NCBI GenBank assembly: GCA_965221905.1
Contig: OZ244922.1
Location: 2,304,001 to 2,368,000, forward strand
Reading direction: 5' to 3'
Length of the DNA stretch: 64,000 nt
Origin: Chloroflexota bacterium
GTDB lineage: Bacteria > Chloroflexota > UBA11872 > VXOZ01
Translations under genes and position numbers: made by a program
Notes under the pieces: model-generated
Seen by the model: the letters and a program-made list of their open reading frames with translations, nothing else
What the model was told of the DNA's origin: nothing
Databases searched by the model: none
Part shown: piece by piece, positions 30,215 through 41,845 of the stretch
Position numbering within the stretch: position 1 is the first letter of the stretch
Layout: the number at the start of each line of letters is the position of its first letter

Positions 30215-33200
30215 ATGAGTTCGAAGAGCAAATCCGACCCCGCATTACTTGAATCGACGCCAAGACACAACGGTCTCTACCGCCCCGAGTTTGAATTTGA
30301 CTCATGTGGCGTGGGCCTCGTCGCCAGCATATCCGGCGTGCCGGAGCACGAGATTCTCCGGACGGCAATTGAGGCCGTTGTCGGTCTCAGTCATCGCGGC
30401 GCCGTTTCCGCAGACGGTAAAACTGGCGACGGTGCGGGGATTCTGACGCAGATCCCAGTGAAGCTGGTGCAGCGGGAACTTGCAGCAAAAAACATCATTC
30501 ATGTGGACCCCAATGATGTAGGCGTCGGCATGGTCTATCTCCCGCAGTCCGGCACCGCAACGAACGCGCAGGCCGTTGAGATTGTCAATAGTGTCCTTCA
30601 AGAGCAAGGACTCCGGCTACTCTTGTGGCGGCCCGTGCCGGTGAACATTGCTGCGCTTGGCGCAATTGCAGCGCAGAGTGCTCCCGACATTCAGCAGGTC
30701 ATGGTGCAGCGCCCCGATGGGATGGATGATCTTGCTTTCGAACGCGCCCTCTACGTGGCTAGAAGGGCTATCCAAGGTGCTGCCAGCCGTGCGGGGATAG
30801 CAGAGCTGTACCTGCCTTCGTTCTCTCATCGCACGGTTATTTACAAGGCACTGATCATTGCGGCACAACTTGCGGAATTCTACCTGGACTTGAAAGACCC
30901 GGACTTTGAGACCGCCCTTGCCTTGTTCCATCAGCGGTATAGCAGCAATACGTTTCCTACCTGGCAATTGGCACAGCCCTTCCGCATGCTTGCCCACAAT
31001 GGTGAGATCAATACCCTGTGGGGCAACCGCAATTGGACTCGGGCTCGTGAGCACAGCATGCTAGCCGCAGCCTGGGATGACCGTGTCGGGGCAGGAATTC
31101 CTTTTGTCGAACCGGAAGGAAGCGACTCGGCGTCGTTGGACAATCTTGCAGAATTAATCCACCTTTCCGGACGAGATATTCTCCACACGCTTGCGATGAT
31201 GGTGCCGGAGGCATGGGAGAATGACGAGGACATGGACACAGACCTCCGAGCTTTTCATGCCTACCATGCAGGTATTGCGGAACCGTGGGAAGGCCCGGCG
31301 GCCTTGACGTTCACCGATGGCCGAATTGCCGCTGCGTGTTTGGACCGCAACGGCCTGCGGCCCGCCCGCTACAAAGTCACCCGTTCCGGCATGGTGGTGG
31401 TCGCATCGGAAGCAAGCGCCTCGATCGTTCCCGATTCAGACGTAATCGAGAAAGGGCGGCTTGGCCCCGGCGAAATGCTGGCTGTTGATACGGTTAACCA
31501 TTGCCTTTTGACCGATAGCGACATCAAGGAGCGGCTGGCAAAAGGAGCGCCCTACCGCGCTTGGCTGAAGGAGTTCCGTGTACGGGCCAATTTGACTGCA
31601 CCGAAACTCGAGGACAGTCTTGGCTTTGACGAAGGTAGCCTGGGCACGTTGCACCGCATATTTGGATATGGCAATGAAGATTTGCGCATGGTGCTTGACC
31701 CCATGGGCAAAGAAGGCAAGGACCCGGTGTGGTCTATGGGCAACGACACTCCTTTGGCGGTGCTCTCATCCCAACCACGGTCATTTTTCAACTATTTCAA
31801 GCAGCGATTTGCGCAGGTAACGAATCCGCCGATTGATTCGCTTCGCGAATCGCTGGTCATGTCGCTGAGGAGCTATATAGGCGGCCGCGGCAACATACTT
31901 ACGGAGACACCCGAACACGCGCACCTCCTGGAGTATGACAGCCCTTTGCTGGACCACGGCCAATTCAGAGACCTGGTGCATCAGTTTGATTCCTCTTTCT
32001 CATCGATCATGCTCTCCACAACCTATCCGGTTGCCCAGGGGCGATCCGGTATGGAAGAAGCTCTACGTAAGCTATGCATGCACGCCGAGCAGAGTATTGA
32101 CAAAGGGCGGACCGTCTTGATCCTCAGCGATCTCGGTGTGGGTCCCGACCATGCGCCAATACCAATTCTCCTCGCTGCATCCGCTGTGCATCAACACCTT
32201 GCTCACGCCCGCAAGCGCATGCAGGCGAGCATCGTGGTCGAGAGTGGCGAGGTGTGGGACATTCACCACTTTGCCTGCCTCCTTGGACATGGCGTTGGCT
32301 TCGTCTATCCCTATCTCGCGCTGGAGACCATCCGTCACGCTGCGGAGACCGACCGTCGGCAAACGGTCGATCCCCTCACTGCATGGCAGAACTATCGCGC
32401 GGCCGTCGAAGATGGGCTGTTGAAGATAATGTCGAAGATGGGCATCTGCACCCTCGGTGGCTATCGCGGCGCGCAGATTTTCGAAATCGTCGGCCTGAAT
32501 AGCAGTCTCTCAAGTTTCTACTTTACCGGCACGCCCTCCCGGATCGAAGGGCTCGGGCTCCAAGAGATTGAAGAAGAAGTGGCCAATCGCCACGCTGAAG
32601 CCTTTGCTGAGCGCAAGAATGGCAGGTTGCCGGACTATGGCCTCTATCGGTTTAGACGCACTGGCGAGTATCACGCGTATAGTCCCACTACCGTGCAAGC
32701 ACTCCAGCAGGCCGCTCTTTCAGGCGAAATGGATGATTATCGGCGTTACGCCAATATGGTGCACACACGGCCCCCCACGAGCCTGCGCGACCTTCTCGAA
32801 TTTGTGCCGCACGACCCAGTTCCTCTCGAAGAAGTCGAGTCGGTTGACTCGATCCGCCGTCGTTTCACGACTCAAGCAATGTCACTCGGCGCTCTTTCAC
32901 CGGAAGCGCACAAGACTATTGCAATTGCCCTGAATCGGATAGGCGGACGAAGCAACACCGGCGAAGGCGGTGAGGACCCCGAGTGGTTCAAGCCACTGCC
33001 GAACGGCGAGTCTGCCAACTGCGCGGTGAAGCAAGTAGCCAGCGCACGCTTTGGAGTCACGACGGAATACTTGGTCAGGGCCAAAGAGCTTGAGATCAAG
33101 ATGGCCCAAGGCTCAAAACCGGGCGAGGGCGGTCAATTGCCCGGCTTCAAGGTCACACCATTCATAGCCAGGATTAGGCATGCCATTCCCGGTATCCCAC

Positions 33201-34762
33201 TCATCTCGCCGCCACCCCACCACGACATTTATTCCATTGAGGATATAGCCCAGCTCATATACGATCTAAAGCAAGTCAATCCACGCGCGCGCGTTGGGGT
33301 CAAGCTGGTTTCTGAGGCCGGCGTCGGCACTGTGGCCGTTGGCATCGCCAAGGCATACGCAGACTATGTGCTAATTTCCGGACAGGACGGCGGTACGGGC
33401 GCCTCGCCGTTGAGTTCCATCAAGAACGGCGGGCTGCCCTGGGAACTGGGTCTGGCGGAGACCCAACAGACTCTCATGCGAAATAACCTCCGTTCTCGCA
33501 TTCGAGTGCGTGTGGACGGCGGCTTCAAGACCGGACGCGACGTTGTGGTCGGGGCCATGCTTGGCGGCGAGGAGTTTGGGTTTGGAACCGGCAGCCTCGT
33601 GGCAATTGGCTGCGACATGGCCCGCCAGTGCCACCTGAACACCTGCCCTACCGGCATCGCCACCCAGCGGGAGGACTTGCGCGAAAAGTTTACCGGCACA
33701 CCGGAAATGCTCGTCAATTTCCTCACGCTAATCGCCATGGAGGTCCGGGAGATCTTAGCTAGCTTGGGTATCCGCTCGCTTGAAGAAGTCATTGGGCGCA
33801 CCAACATGCTGCGGCAAAGAGAGGTCCCCGGTGATGACAAAGCCAACACTATCGATCTACTTCCACTCTTGGCTGAAGGTGATCCTAGCGGTGCGCTCCC
33901 ACGATCCTCACAGCAGGAGTGGAATAACCCCGGAGGCTCCACGCTCGACGACACCATCCTGCAAGAAGCCGCCGCCGGCATTGCGGGCGAGCAGCAGGTG
34001 AGTCTCACGTACGACGTGCGAAACCACATGCGTAGTATCGGCGCCCGTGTTGCCGGGGCAATCGCCGACAAGCACACGGACACCGGCCTGAGGGCAGGAT
34101 CGGTAGCCCTGACCTTCAAGGGCAGCGCCGGTCAGTCATTCGGCGCCTTCTGCGTGCCCGGCATGTCCCTCACGCTCCATGGTGAGGCCCAAGACTACGT
34201 GGCTAAGTGCATGACCGGCGGCGAGATTGTGGTGCTCTCTTCACCTGATGCTGCATTGCCGTCTGAAAAGAACGTCCTCATAGGGAATACCTGTCTCTAT
34301 GGCGCGACAGGTGGCTCACTCTTTGTGGCCGGTCAGGCGGGCGAGCGGTTTGCCGTGCGCAATAGCGGCGCGGAAGCGGTGGTTGAAGGCGCAGGCGATC
34401 ACTGTTGTGAGTATATGACTCGCGGCGTTGTGGCCGTCCTAGGAGAGGTGGGACACAACTTCGGCGCCGGCATGGCCGCCGGCATCGCGTACGTTCTCGA
34501 TGAGAACAACACCTTTTCCCGGCGGTACAACCCGGAGATGATAGATATCGAACCATTGACAGATGGCGAAGACATCAGTACGCTTCAACACCTGCTTACG
34601 CGGCACGTTGCCGTGACGGGCAGTCCGCGCGGCAAGGCGATCTTGGACAACCTCGACCGTTATCTGCCGATGTTCTGGAAGGTCTTCCCCAAGCCGCTCC
34701 GTGCGTTGATGGAGCAAGAAACGGACATTGAGTCCCAGGTAGAAGCCGAAGCACGACGCTAA
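30215..34762 (+). CDS. gltB: Glutamate synthase large subunit (no gltD adjacent)
   Basis: DSCGVG N-terminal nucleophile, HQRYSSNT, AHNGEINT, QRFAQVTNPPID, KMAQGSKPGEGGQLPG, C.MARQCHLNTCPTGIATQ and a GXGXG domain. Confidence 0.97.
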   Translation: MSSKSKSDPALLESTPRHNGLYRPEFEFDSCGVGLVASISGVPEHEILRTAIEAVVGLSHRGAVSADGKTGDGAGILTQIPVKLVQRELAAKNIIHVDPNDVGVGMVYLPQSGTATNAQAVEIVNSVLQEQGLRLLLWRPVPVNIAALGAIAAQSAPDIQQVMVQRPDGMDDLAFERALYVARRAIQGAASRAGIAELYLPSFSHRTVIYKALIIAAQLAEFYLDLKDPDFETALALFHQRYSSNTFPTWQLAQPFRMLAHNGEINTLWGNRNWTRAREHSMLAAAWDDRVGAGIPFVEPEGSDSASLDNLAELIHLSGRDILHTLAMMVPEAWENDEDMDTDLRAFHAYHAGIAEPWEGPAALTFTDGRIAAACLDRNGLRPARYKVTRSGMVVVASEASASIVPDSDVIEKGRLGPGEMLAVDTVNHCLLTDSDIKERLAKGAPYRAWLKEFRVRANLTAPKLEDSLGFDEGSLGTLHRIFGYGNEDLRMVLDPMGKEGKDPVWSMGNDTPLAVLSSQPRSFFNYFKQRFAQVTNPPIDSLRESLVMSLRSYIGGRGNILTETPEHAHLLEYDSPLLDHGQFRDLVHQFDSSFSSIMLSTTYPVAQGRSGMEEALRKLCMHAEQSIDKGRTVLILSDLGVGPDHAPIPILLAASAVHQHLAHARKRMQASIVVESGEVWDIHHFACLLGHGVGFVYPYLALETIRHAAETDRRQTVDPLTAWQNYRAAVEDGLLKIMSKMGICTLGGYRGAQIFEIVGLNSSLSSFYFTGTPSRIEGLGLQEIEEEVANRHAEAFAERKNGRLPDYGLYRFRRTGEYHAYSPTTVQALQQAALSGEMDDYRRYANMVHTRPPTSLRDLLEFVPHDPVPLEEVESVDSIRRRFTTQAMSLGALSPEAHKTIAIALNRIGGRSNTGEGGEDPEWFKPLPNGESANCAVKQVASARFGVTTEYLVRAKELEIKMAQGSKPGEGGQLPGFKVTPFIARIRHAIPGIPLISPPPHHDIYSIEDIAQLIYDLKQVNPRARVGVKLVSEAGVGTVAVGIAKAYADYVLISGQDGGTGASPLSSIKNGGLPWELGLAETQQTLMRNNLRSRIRVRVDGGFKTGRDVVVGAMLGGEEFGFGTGSLVAIGCDMARQCHLNTCPTGIATQREDLREKFTGTPEMLVNFLTLIAMEVREILASLGIRSLEEVIGRTNMLRQREVPGDDKANTIDLLPLLAEGDPSGALPRSSQQEWNNPGGSTLDDTILQEAAAGIAGEQQVSLTYDVRNHMRSIGARVAGAIADKHTDTGLRAGSVALTFKGSAGQSFGAFCVPGMSLTLHGEAQDYVAKCMTGGEIVVLSSPDAALPSEKNVLIGNTCLYGATGGSLFVAGQAGERFAVRNSGAEAVVEGAGDHCCEYMTRGVVAVLGEVGHNFGAGMAAGIAYVLDENNTFSRRYNPEMIDIEPLTDGEDISTLQHLLTRHVAVTGSPRGKAILDNLDRYLPMFWKVFPKPLRALMEQETDIESQVEAEARR

Positions 34763-35096
34763 AGGCATTTGCCTGAAGAGCCCTTACCCGCAATCTTGGC
34801 GTAAATGCGTTCAGGTGCGCACGAGGAACGCAAAGCGGAATGACCGATCGTGTTGCTCTCCCGCTGTACTCCGTGCCAGATGCCGGTGTTCTTGTTTGCG
34901 GAACTACAGTTTTCGCGGCGAAACCCAATATTGCCGCGCGTGCCGGCAGAGCTCAGCACACACGCTCATTCCTTAGCAAGTCAAACGCTTCTGTGCTACA
35001 ATACGAGCGGCATGTGCACATTTGCACGCACTCGCAAGAAAACCGCGTTACTCGAACCGGAAACTAATGAAATTGAAACGTGAGGCTGTTCCCCAT

Positions 35097-36293
35097 ATGG
35101 AAGGAATCGTGTACCGTGAGATGCAACCCGAGGATGTATTCAGCACGATAACACTCCGTAACGAGGTCTTTTCGGACGCACCCGTAACCCAGGAAGACTG
35201 GGAACGAGACAATATGCTGGCATCCATCGCCGTCCTCGAGGAAGAGGTTGTGGGTGCGATTCCCCTGATATTGCGCGAGACAGTGATCGCGCCCGGTGTG
35301 ACAATAACTGCGGCATTCGAAAACTCAGTGGGCACACGAGAAGAGCTTCGCAGTCAAGGCATTGGCCGGGGCATGATTGAGAACGCCCGCCAATTCTTGC
35401 CGGGTCGCGCCGATGCACTTTTCGTTTACCGCGGCGACGAGCGCAGCGACGGCTACCGCTTCTATGCCACCACCAATCACTACGACCTCCTTTACTCACG
35501 CCACTATCGTTTCGGTTCACCGGAAACAAGCTACCTACCGCCCGGAGTTACCTTGGCGGGTAAGGAGTCTGTTTTCCTTAACAACGAACGCCTCCAAGCC
35601 GTCTTTGGTAGCACATACGGACGTCTCGGCGGCTTTCCGCAACGCTGTGGAGAATACTGGCAACGAGCGCTATCCTCCTCAATCTATTCTGAGTTTCCGA
35701 CCGATTTCTCGTTCGTTCACATCATCCAAAGCGATGAGCTTTTGGGCTACGCGGTCTGCGGCGTGCGCACTACGCGGCACAACGGAGTGGCAAATATTTT
35801 GGAGATCGCGACACTAGGAGCAGACTCAAATATTGCGCAGCGCATCCTAACCGGAGTGGCGTCCGTTGCTGGAGAACGCAAACTCAGTGTAGATATTCAG
35901 CTCTCTGATGAAGACCCCCTTCTCCCTCTGTTCCTATCGAATGGCTACCTACCGGAGCCGCGCGGCACCATCATCATGGGCCAAGTCATCGACGTGCTCT
36001 GCTTCTTCGAGAAACACTGGAGCGAGCGCTTTGATCTGTACAATACGGCCCTTGTGGTGGTCACACCGAAAGATGAATATCTTCTCATCGAGCCCGAGAC
36101 GCGTCAGCATACATTGACGTTGGAGATGAAAGAAGAGACGCTGCACCGCTGGCTGCTTGCCCGGATTGATCTGCGTGCACGCCTTTCCGAAGGCAGCGTG
36201 ACGGCGTTTGGCGCAAATTCCCAAGTCATCGAGCGGGTCTGCGATGCCATTCCCTCTTCACCTTGGGCATACCATTTCATTGACTGGATTTAG
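35097..36293 (+). CDS. GNAT family N-acetyltransferase (Eis-like tandem GNAT)
   Basis: Acetyl-CoA motif A (VGTREELRSQGIGRGMI) and GYRFY, followed by a second GNAT-like half (LLGYAVCG…ILEI). Confidence 0.7.
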   Translation: MEGIVYREMQPEDVFSTITLRNEVFSDAPVTQEDWERDNMLASIAVLEEEVVGAIPLILRETVIAPGVTITAAFENSVGTREELRSQGIGRGMIENARQFLPGRADALFVYRGDERSDGYRFYATTNHYDLLYSRHYRFGSPETSYLPPGVTLAGKESVFLNNERLQAVFGSTYGRLGGFPQRCGEYWQRALSSSIYSEFPTDFSFVHIIQSDELLGYAVCGVRTTRHNGVANILEIATLGADSNIAQRILTGVASVAGERKLSVDIQLSDEDPLLPLFLSNGYLPEPRGTIIMGQVIDVLCFFEKHWSERFDLYNTALVVVTPKDEYLLIEPETRQHTLTLEMKEETLHRWLLARIDLRARLSEGSVTAFGANSQVIERVCDAIPSSPWAYHFIDWI

Positions 36294-36588
36294 CATCGGG
36301 AAGTACCAATGACTTCCCGAACGTGACCGTTCCTCAGGGCCCAACCCAAGCAAGAAGAGGACAATCGGCCGGCAATGACAGCATGCGATGCATCTTATCT
36401 GGCCTCGTTTGCGATCCAAGCAATTGAAATTCTTTTCTGGCGGCCGAATCTCAATGGTCTCATTCCTACTTAATTCGGCCCTGTGTCCGGTCGCCAATTC
36501 GATTTGCTACTGCCGCGACCGGACCCTCGATGCATGACATGGCGCGGCTCCTTTGCGTTCCGACAATGGAAGGACTGAGAGGCTACCT

Positions 36589-37806
36589 ATGAGTTCAGCA
36601 GTGAAATGGCAAGAGCATCCCGCGGTAGTTGTCTGGAGTGACGACTGGGGAATGAATGCCTGGGCGCCGACCGAAGAGTCGTACCACGCCACCCGCCACG
36701 AGGAACTCATGCAGACGCGCTGGTCTTCGGGAAGTTTGGAAACGCCCGCCGACTTGGAGCGCACGTTTCAATTGTTGGAAGCACATCGCGGCGGCGACGG
36801 CCAGCCGATTGTTTTCGAACCATACTACATCGTGGGCAGCCCGGACTACGATGCTATCCGCGCGAGTGAGTTTCGCTATTACGTGGACATTGGCCTCGAC
36901 CAAGGGGTCTCGCAGGGCTGGGAGCGGGGTGATATCGTAGCCAAAGCGCGTGAAGGCATTGAGCGCGGCGTGTGGTCCCCTCAGTATCACGGACGCACGC
37001 ACCACTTCAGCCATCATCGCTGGCTCAAGCGACTGCGCGAAGGCGAGCCGCGGGCGGTACTGATGTTTGCACATCGGATGTATGTGTGCGAGAACGTGCG
37101 AGAACGTGTGCCGGAGCATGAAGACATGGCCGAACCGGAGCGCAAGGAATGGGTGCGCGGGGCCATGGGCTATTTCATCCGCTCGTTCGGCTATGCCCCC
37201 ACTAGCGTGCGCAATTCTGATGAGGCTGAAATCGCCTGGGCCACGCAGGGAATCGAGATCCGCGTGGGGGCCTCCGACCGAGAGGGAGAAGACCAGACAG
37301 GGAAGCGTTCACCGCTTGCCGACCTGTGGTATTCCGGTAGCGCCATAAACTTCGAACCATTCCAAACGGCGGACCAAGAGGACATTCTCGCCCGCGTCCA
37401 AGCAGAGACGGTCGCTGCCTGGCAGGCCAATCGGCCGGCATTCATCAGTAGCCATCGACGCAACTTCACCGCATTCACCACCGACGTGGACAACAACTTC
37501 GCAGTATGGGATTCCTACCTCGCTTGGCTGGGAGCGCAGCATCCTGCACACGTCTTCATAACCATGCCGGAAGTCAAACAGTTGTGGGAAACCGGTGTAT
37601 CATCACGCCGCTACGCCAACACACTCATTTGCCGCAACTGGACGGAAAAGCAACAAACCATCACGTGTTCAGCACTTCCCAATGAAGTGGTGGAAGACAT
37701 CATTTACGCCGATAACGAAGCCTCACTCTCCGTTTCAAGCGGAGCAGAGAAACACATCTTGGATGCGCCTCCCGGAAACCATTGTGTCACCATAGGCACG
37801 CGCTAA
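36589..37806 (+). CDS. Hypothetical protein, polysaccharide-deacetylase (CE4)-like fold
   Basis: VVVWSDDWG, PQYHGRTHH and FGYAPTS resemble NodB/CE4 metal-binding and substrate motifs. Confidence 0.5.
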   Translation: MSSAVKWQEHPAVVVWSDDWGMNAWAPTEESYHATRHEELMQTRWSSGSLETPADLERTFQLLEAHRGGDGQPIVFEPYYIVGSPDYDAIRASEFRYYVDIGLDQGVSQGWERGDIVAKAREGIERGVWSPQYHGRTHHFSHHRWLKRLREGEPRAVLMFAHRMYVCENVRERVPEHEDMAEPERKEWVRGAMGYFIRSFGYAPTSVRNSDEAEIAWATQGIEIRVGASDREGEDQTGKRSPLADLWYSGSAINFEPFQTADQEDILARVQAETVAAWQANRPAFISSHRRNFTAFTTDVDNNFAVWDSYLAWLGAQHPAHVFITMPEVKQLWETGVSSRRYANTLICRNWTEKQQTITCSALPNEVVEDIIYADNEASLSVSSGAEKHILDAPPGNHCVTIGTR

Positions 37807-37879
37807 CCTTCGCCCGTACGACGGGTGCACAGGTACACCAAACACGAATCTACTCCGAGACGTAGGAGGTTTTTCAGCA

Positions 37880-39181
37880 TTGCGAAGCATTACCCGCTCT
37901 AAGCAGCTATGGGAGCGTGCTCAAAAGCATCTTGCTGCCGGTGTGAGCAGCAATATCCGACTGCAAGAACGCCCTGCGCCGCTCTACTTTAGCCACGGCA
38001 AGGGATCTCGGTTGTTTGACGTGGACGGCAACGAGTATATCGATTACGTTGCCGCCTACGGACCGCTCATTCTGGGCCATAGTCACCCTGAGCTTGTCGA
38101 AGCTGTACAGCGACAGGTGGCGCTGGGCCAAACGTATGGCGGACAGCACGAGATCGAAGTAGCGGTTTCGGAAAAGATCAGCGCGCTTATGCCTGCCATG
38201 GAGGTCGTGCGCTTCTGCGGTAGCGGATCGGAGGCAAACCATGCGCTCTTCCGCCTCGCCCGCGCCTACACCGGCCGCACGAAGATCGTCCGCTTCGAGG
38301 GCCATTACCACGGCTGGCTGGACGACCAACTGATCAGCGATCACCCCCACTCGGCAGAAGAAGCAGGCGAATTGCCGTTTCCGCGCCCGGTGCTCGGCAG
38401 CGAGGGGCAACTTCCTCACGCAGCAGGCGAGACTTTGGTGCTTCCCTGGAACAACTTGGACGTCTTTTCAGAACTCATTGAACGAGAAGGCCGGAACGTC
38501 GCCGCCGTGATCACGGAACCTATCATGTGCAATGGCGGCTTGATTCTACCTAAACCAGGTTTCCTAGAGGGCCTACGCGAAATTTGCACGCGTGAGGACA
38601 TCTTGCTTATCTTCGACGAGGTGATAACGGGCTTCCGGACAGATCTCCACGGAGCGCAGGGCCTGCTCGGTGTAACGCCGGACCTCGTGACACTGGGAAA
38701 AGCTGTGGCCAATGGTTTTCCGTTAAGCGTTTTCGGTGGGCGCCGCGACATTATGGCCATGGTTGGCAGTGGCGTCATGCACGGCGGTACGTACAATGGC
38801 AATCCCATCACGCTCGCCGCCGCCAATACAACCTTAGATGTGCTCTCCCGCGATAATGGCGCCGTATATGACCAGATTCGCACGATTGGCCTCAGTCTGA
38901 TGGATGGAATTCGACACGCAGCGCAGGAAGCCGGTCAGGCGGTCTTGGTGCAAGGCATCGGCCCGGTATTATTTGCCTGGTTCACGGAACGCCAGGAGAT
39001 CACGTCATTCCGCGACAATTGGGACTGCGATGAGGACAAATACGCCGCGTTCCAAGGTAAACTCATCGATCACGGCGTGCGTACTATTCCCTCCGGTCGT
39101 TGGTATGTTTCTGCAGCGCACACCGAGGAGGACGTCCGCCAAACGGTAGATGCAGTGGCAAAGGCGTTGCAAGAAGCATAG
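37880..39181 (+). CDS. Class III aminotransferase, glutamate-1-semialdehyde aminomutase-like
   Basis: AGGAGG RBS with a TTG start. DVDGNEYIDY, SGSEAN, FEGHYHG, LIFDEVITGFR, TLGKAVANGFP and HGGTYNGNP. Confidence 0.88.
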   Translation: MRSITRSKQLWERAQKHLAAGVSSNIRLQERPAPLYFSHGKGSRLFDVDGNEYIDYVAAYGPLILGHSHPELVEAVQRQVALGQTYGGQHEIEVAVSEKISALMPAMEVVRFCGSGSEANHALFRLARAYTGRTKIVRFEGHYHGWLDDQLISDHPHSAEEAGELPFPRPVLGSEGQLPHAAGETLVLPWNNLDVFSELIEREGRNVAAVITEPIMCNGGLILPKPGFLEGLREICTREDILLIFDEVITGFRTDLHGAQGLLGVTPDLVTLGKAVANGFPLSVFGGRRDIMAMVGSGVMHGGTYNGNPITLAAANTTLDVLSRDNGAVYDQIRTIGLSLMDGIRHAAQEAGQAVLVQGIGPVLFAWFTERQEITSFRDNWDCDEDKYAAFQGKLIDHGVRTIPSGRWYVSAAHTEEDVRQTVDAVAKALQEA

Positions 39182-39366
39182 CGTTTGAAGACTGTTGTCT
39201 ATCCGAAGGATGGCACGAGTCGCAAGCCGCTGCCGGTCAGGGCGAAAAATGTCTTGGGGAAGTGTGCCCTCTAGATGAAGCCGCCAATTCCAGAACAAAT
39301 GGCTCGCCGTCTGCAGGCGGCGCAACAGTAGTTATGTAATTCTAGGAGTGAGAGGAGCCCGCTACA

Positions 39367-40128
39367 ATGCCAGACCTACTCGTTGGCAAGAGTGCCATCG
39401 TAACCGGTGCCGCCAGCGGCATCGGGCAAGCTACCGCCCTCGCCTTCTTGCGCGAAGGGGCAAATGTGCTCGGCGCCGACCTGAACGAGGATGGGCTTCA
39501 ACTAACTGCTGAGCGTGCAAGAGAACACAGTCCGATGTTTCTCACGCAGCGCTGCGACGTTACCCAGCGCGCCGACGTTGAAGCTGTGGTCTCGCGGTCC
39601 GTGTCGGCATTCGGCAAGCTCGACATCATGGCCGCCATCGCGGGCATAGCCATAGAGCACGACTTTGTGGATATCAAGGACGATGACTGGCACCGGGTGA
39701 CCGACGTCAACCTGCACGGCGTATTCCTTTGCGATCAGGTCGCCGCGAGACAGATGGTGGAGCAAGGAAACGGCGGCCGCATCATCAATATGTCTTCCGT
39801 GAACGGTCTCATGGGAGAGGAAGAGCTGGCAGCCTACAATACCTCAAAAGGCGCGGTCACACTGCTTACAAAGAGTGCGGCTATCGACATGGCAAAGCAC
39901 GAAATCACCGTGAATTGCCTCGCTCCCGGCTACATTCGCACGCCGCTCACGGTAGAGAGCATCGCCGACGAGGCTTGGATCAACGAATACCTGAAGCGCG
40001 TTCCTTTCCGGCGGGTGGGCGAACCGGAAGAGGTGGCAGACTGTGCGGTGTTCCTGGCTAGCGATCTCAGTCGCTACGTAACCGGCCACGCCCTCGTGGT
40101 CGACGGCGGACAGATCGCGGTAATCTAA
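39367..40128 (+). CDS. SDR family oxidoreductase
   Basis: TGAASGIG, YNTSK, VNCLAPGYIRT and VDGG. Confidence 0.92.
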   Translation: MPDLLVGKSAIVTGAASGIGQATALAFLREGANVLGADLNEDGLQLTAERAREHSPMFLTQRCDVTQRADVEAVVSRSVSAFGKLDIMAAIAGIAIEHDFVDIKDDDWHRVTDVNLHGVFLCDQVAARQMVEQGNGGRIINMSSVNGLMGEEELAAYNTSKGAVTLLTKSAAIDMAKHEITVNCLAPGYIRTPLTVESIADEAWINEYLKRVPFRRVGEPEEVADCAVFLASDLSRYVTGHALVVDGGQIAVI

Positions 40129-40724
40129 CCGGCTGGACCCGCAGGGCGCATACTTTACCTTGGGAAGGAAGTGCCCTGCAATACCCTCAGCACGATCAGC
40201 TCATCCATCTAAAGGCATCCTCAGAAGGCTCTTGGGCAATGCCACAGAGGGCTTCTGCGCGATGCCTGAGAGGGCTCTCGGTCGACGCGACGGAGATTGT
40301 ATGCGCTTTGCCGTTGACAGCGTAATCCGTTCGCCCTGAGCCTGTCGAAGGACGAACAGCCCGGGAAGACGATCCCCAAATTGCGCTTCCGTTCGCCCTG
40401 AGCCTGTCGAAGGACGAACAGCCCGGGAAGACGATCCCCAAAGTGCGCAATCCGTTCGCCCTGAGCCTGTCGAAGGGTGAACAGCCGGGGAAGACGATCC
40501 CAAAGTGGACTTCCATTCGCCCTGAGCCCGTCGCAGGGTGCACAACCGGGGAAGACGATCCCCAATGTGCGCAATCCGTTCGCCCTGAGCCTGTCGAAGG
40601 GCGCACAGCCAAGGAAGACGATCCCCAAAATTCCCTTCCGTTCGCCCTGAGCTTGTCAAAGGGTGAACAGCCAAGGAAAACGATCCCCAATGTGCGCTTC
40701 CGTTCGCCCTTATATCTTGGAAAA

Positions 40725-40890
40725 GGGAGATAGAATGGGAGCAGGCGTGGCAGACCGGTTCGTCCTAGGTCTGGCAGACCGTGGCTCAGAGTGGTCGCCA
40801 CACCTGCCGAGCTCCCCCAGAGCCCGAACAGTTACCGGGACACGAAGTCCGTATCCGTAAGGCAGGGACTGCATGGGAGCGCCAGCCATA
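40725..40890 (+). ncRNA. Putative IS110 bridge RNA (boundaries approximate)
   Basis: Two stem-flanked loops. The first holds GTTCGTCCT (40758-40766) and GGCTCAG (40783-40789), matching target GTTCGCCCT|GAGCC. The second holds ACAGTTACC (40828-40836) and GTAAG (40857-40861), partially matching donor ACAGTTTCT|TAT. Confidence 0.75.
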
Positions 40891-40891
40891 G

Positions 40892-41845
<954 letters not shown>

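Noticed and set aside
37880-39181. Assigning gene symbol hemL
   Set aside because: Family motifs fit, but no tetrapyrrole genes are nearby and GSA-like paralogs are common, so orthology cannot be established by eye.
40196-40860. ORFs with repeated PFDRLRANG / PSTGSGRT peptides
   Set aside because: These are translations of the repeat array in several frames, with no RBS or other coding evidence.
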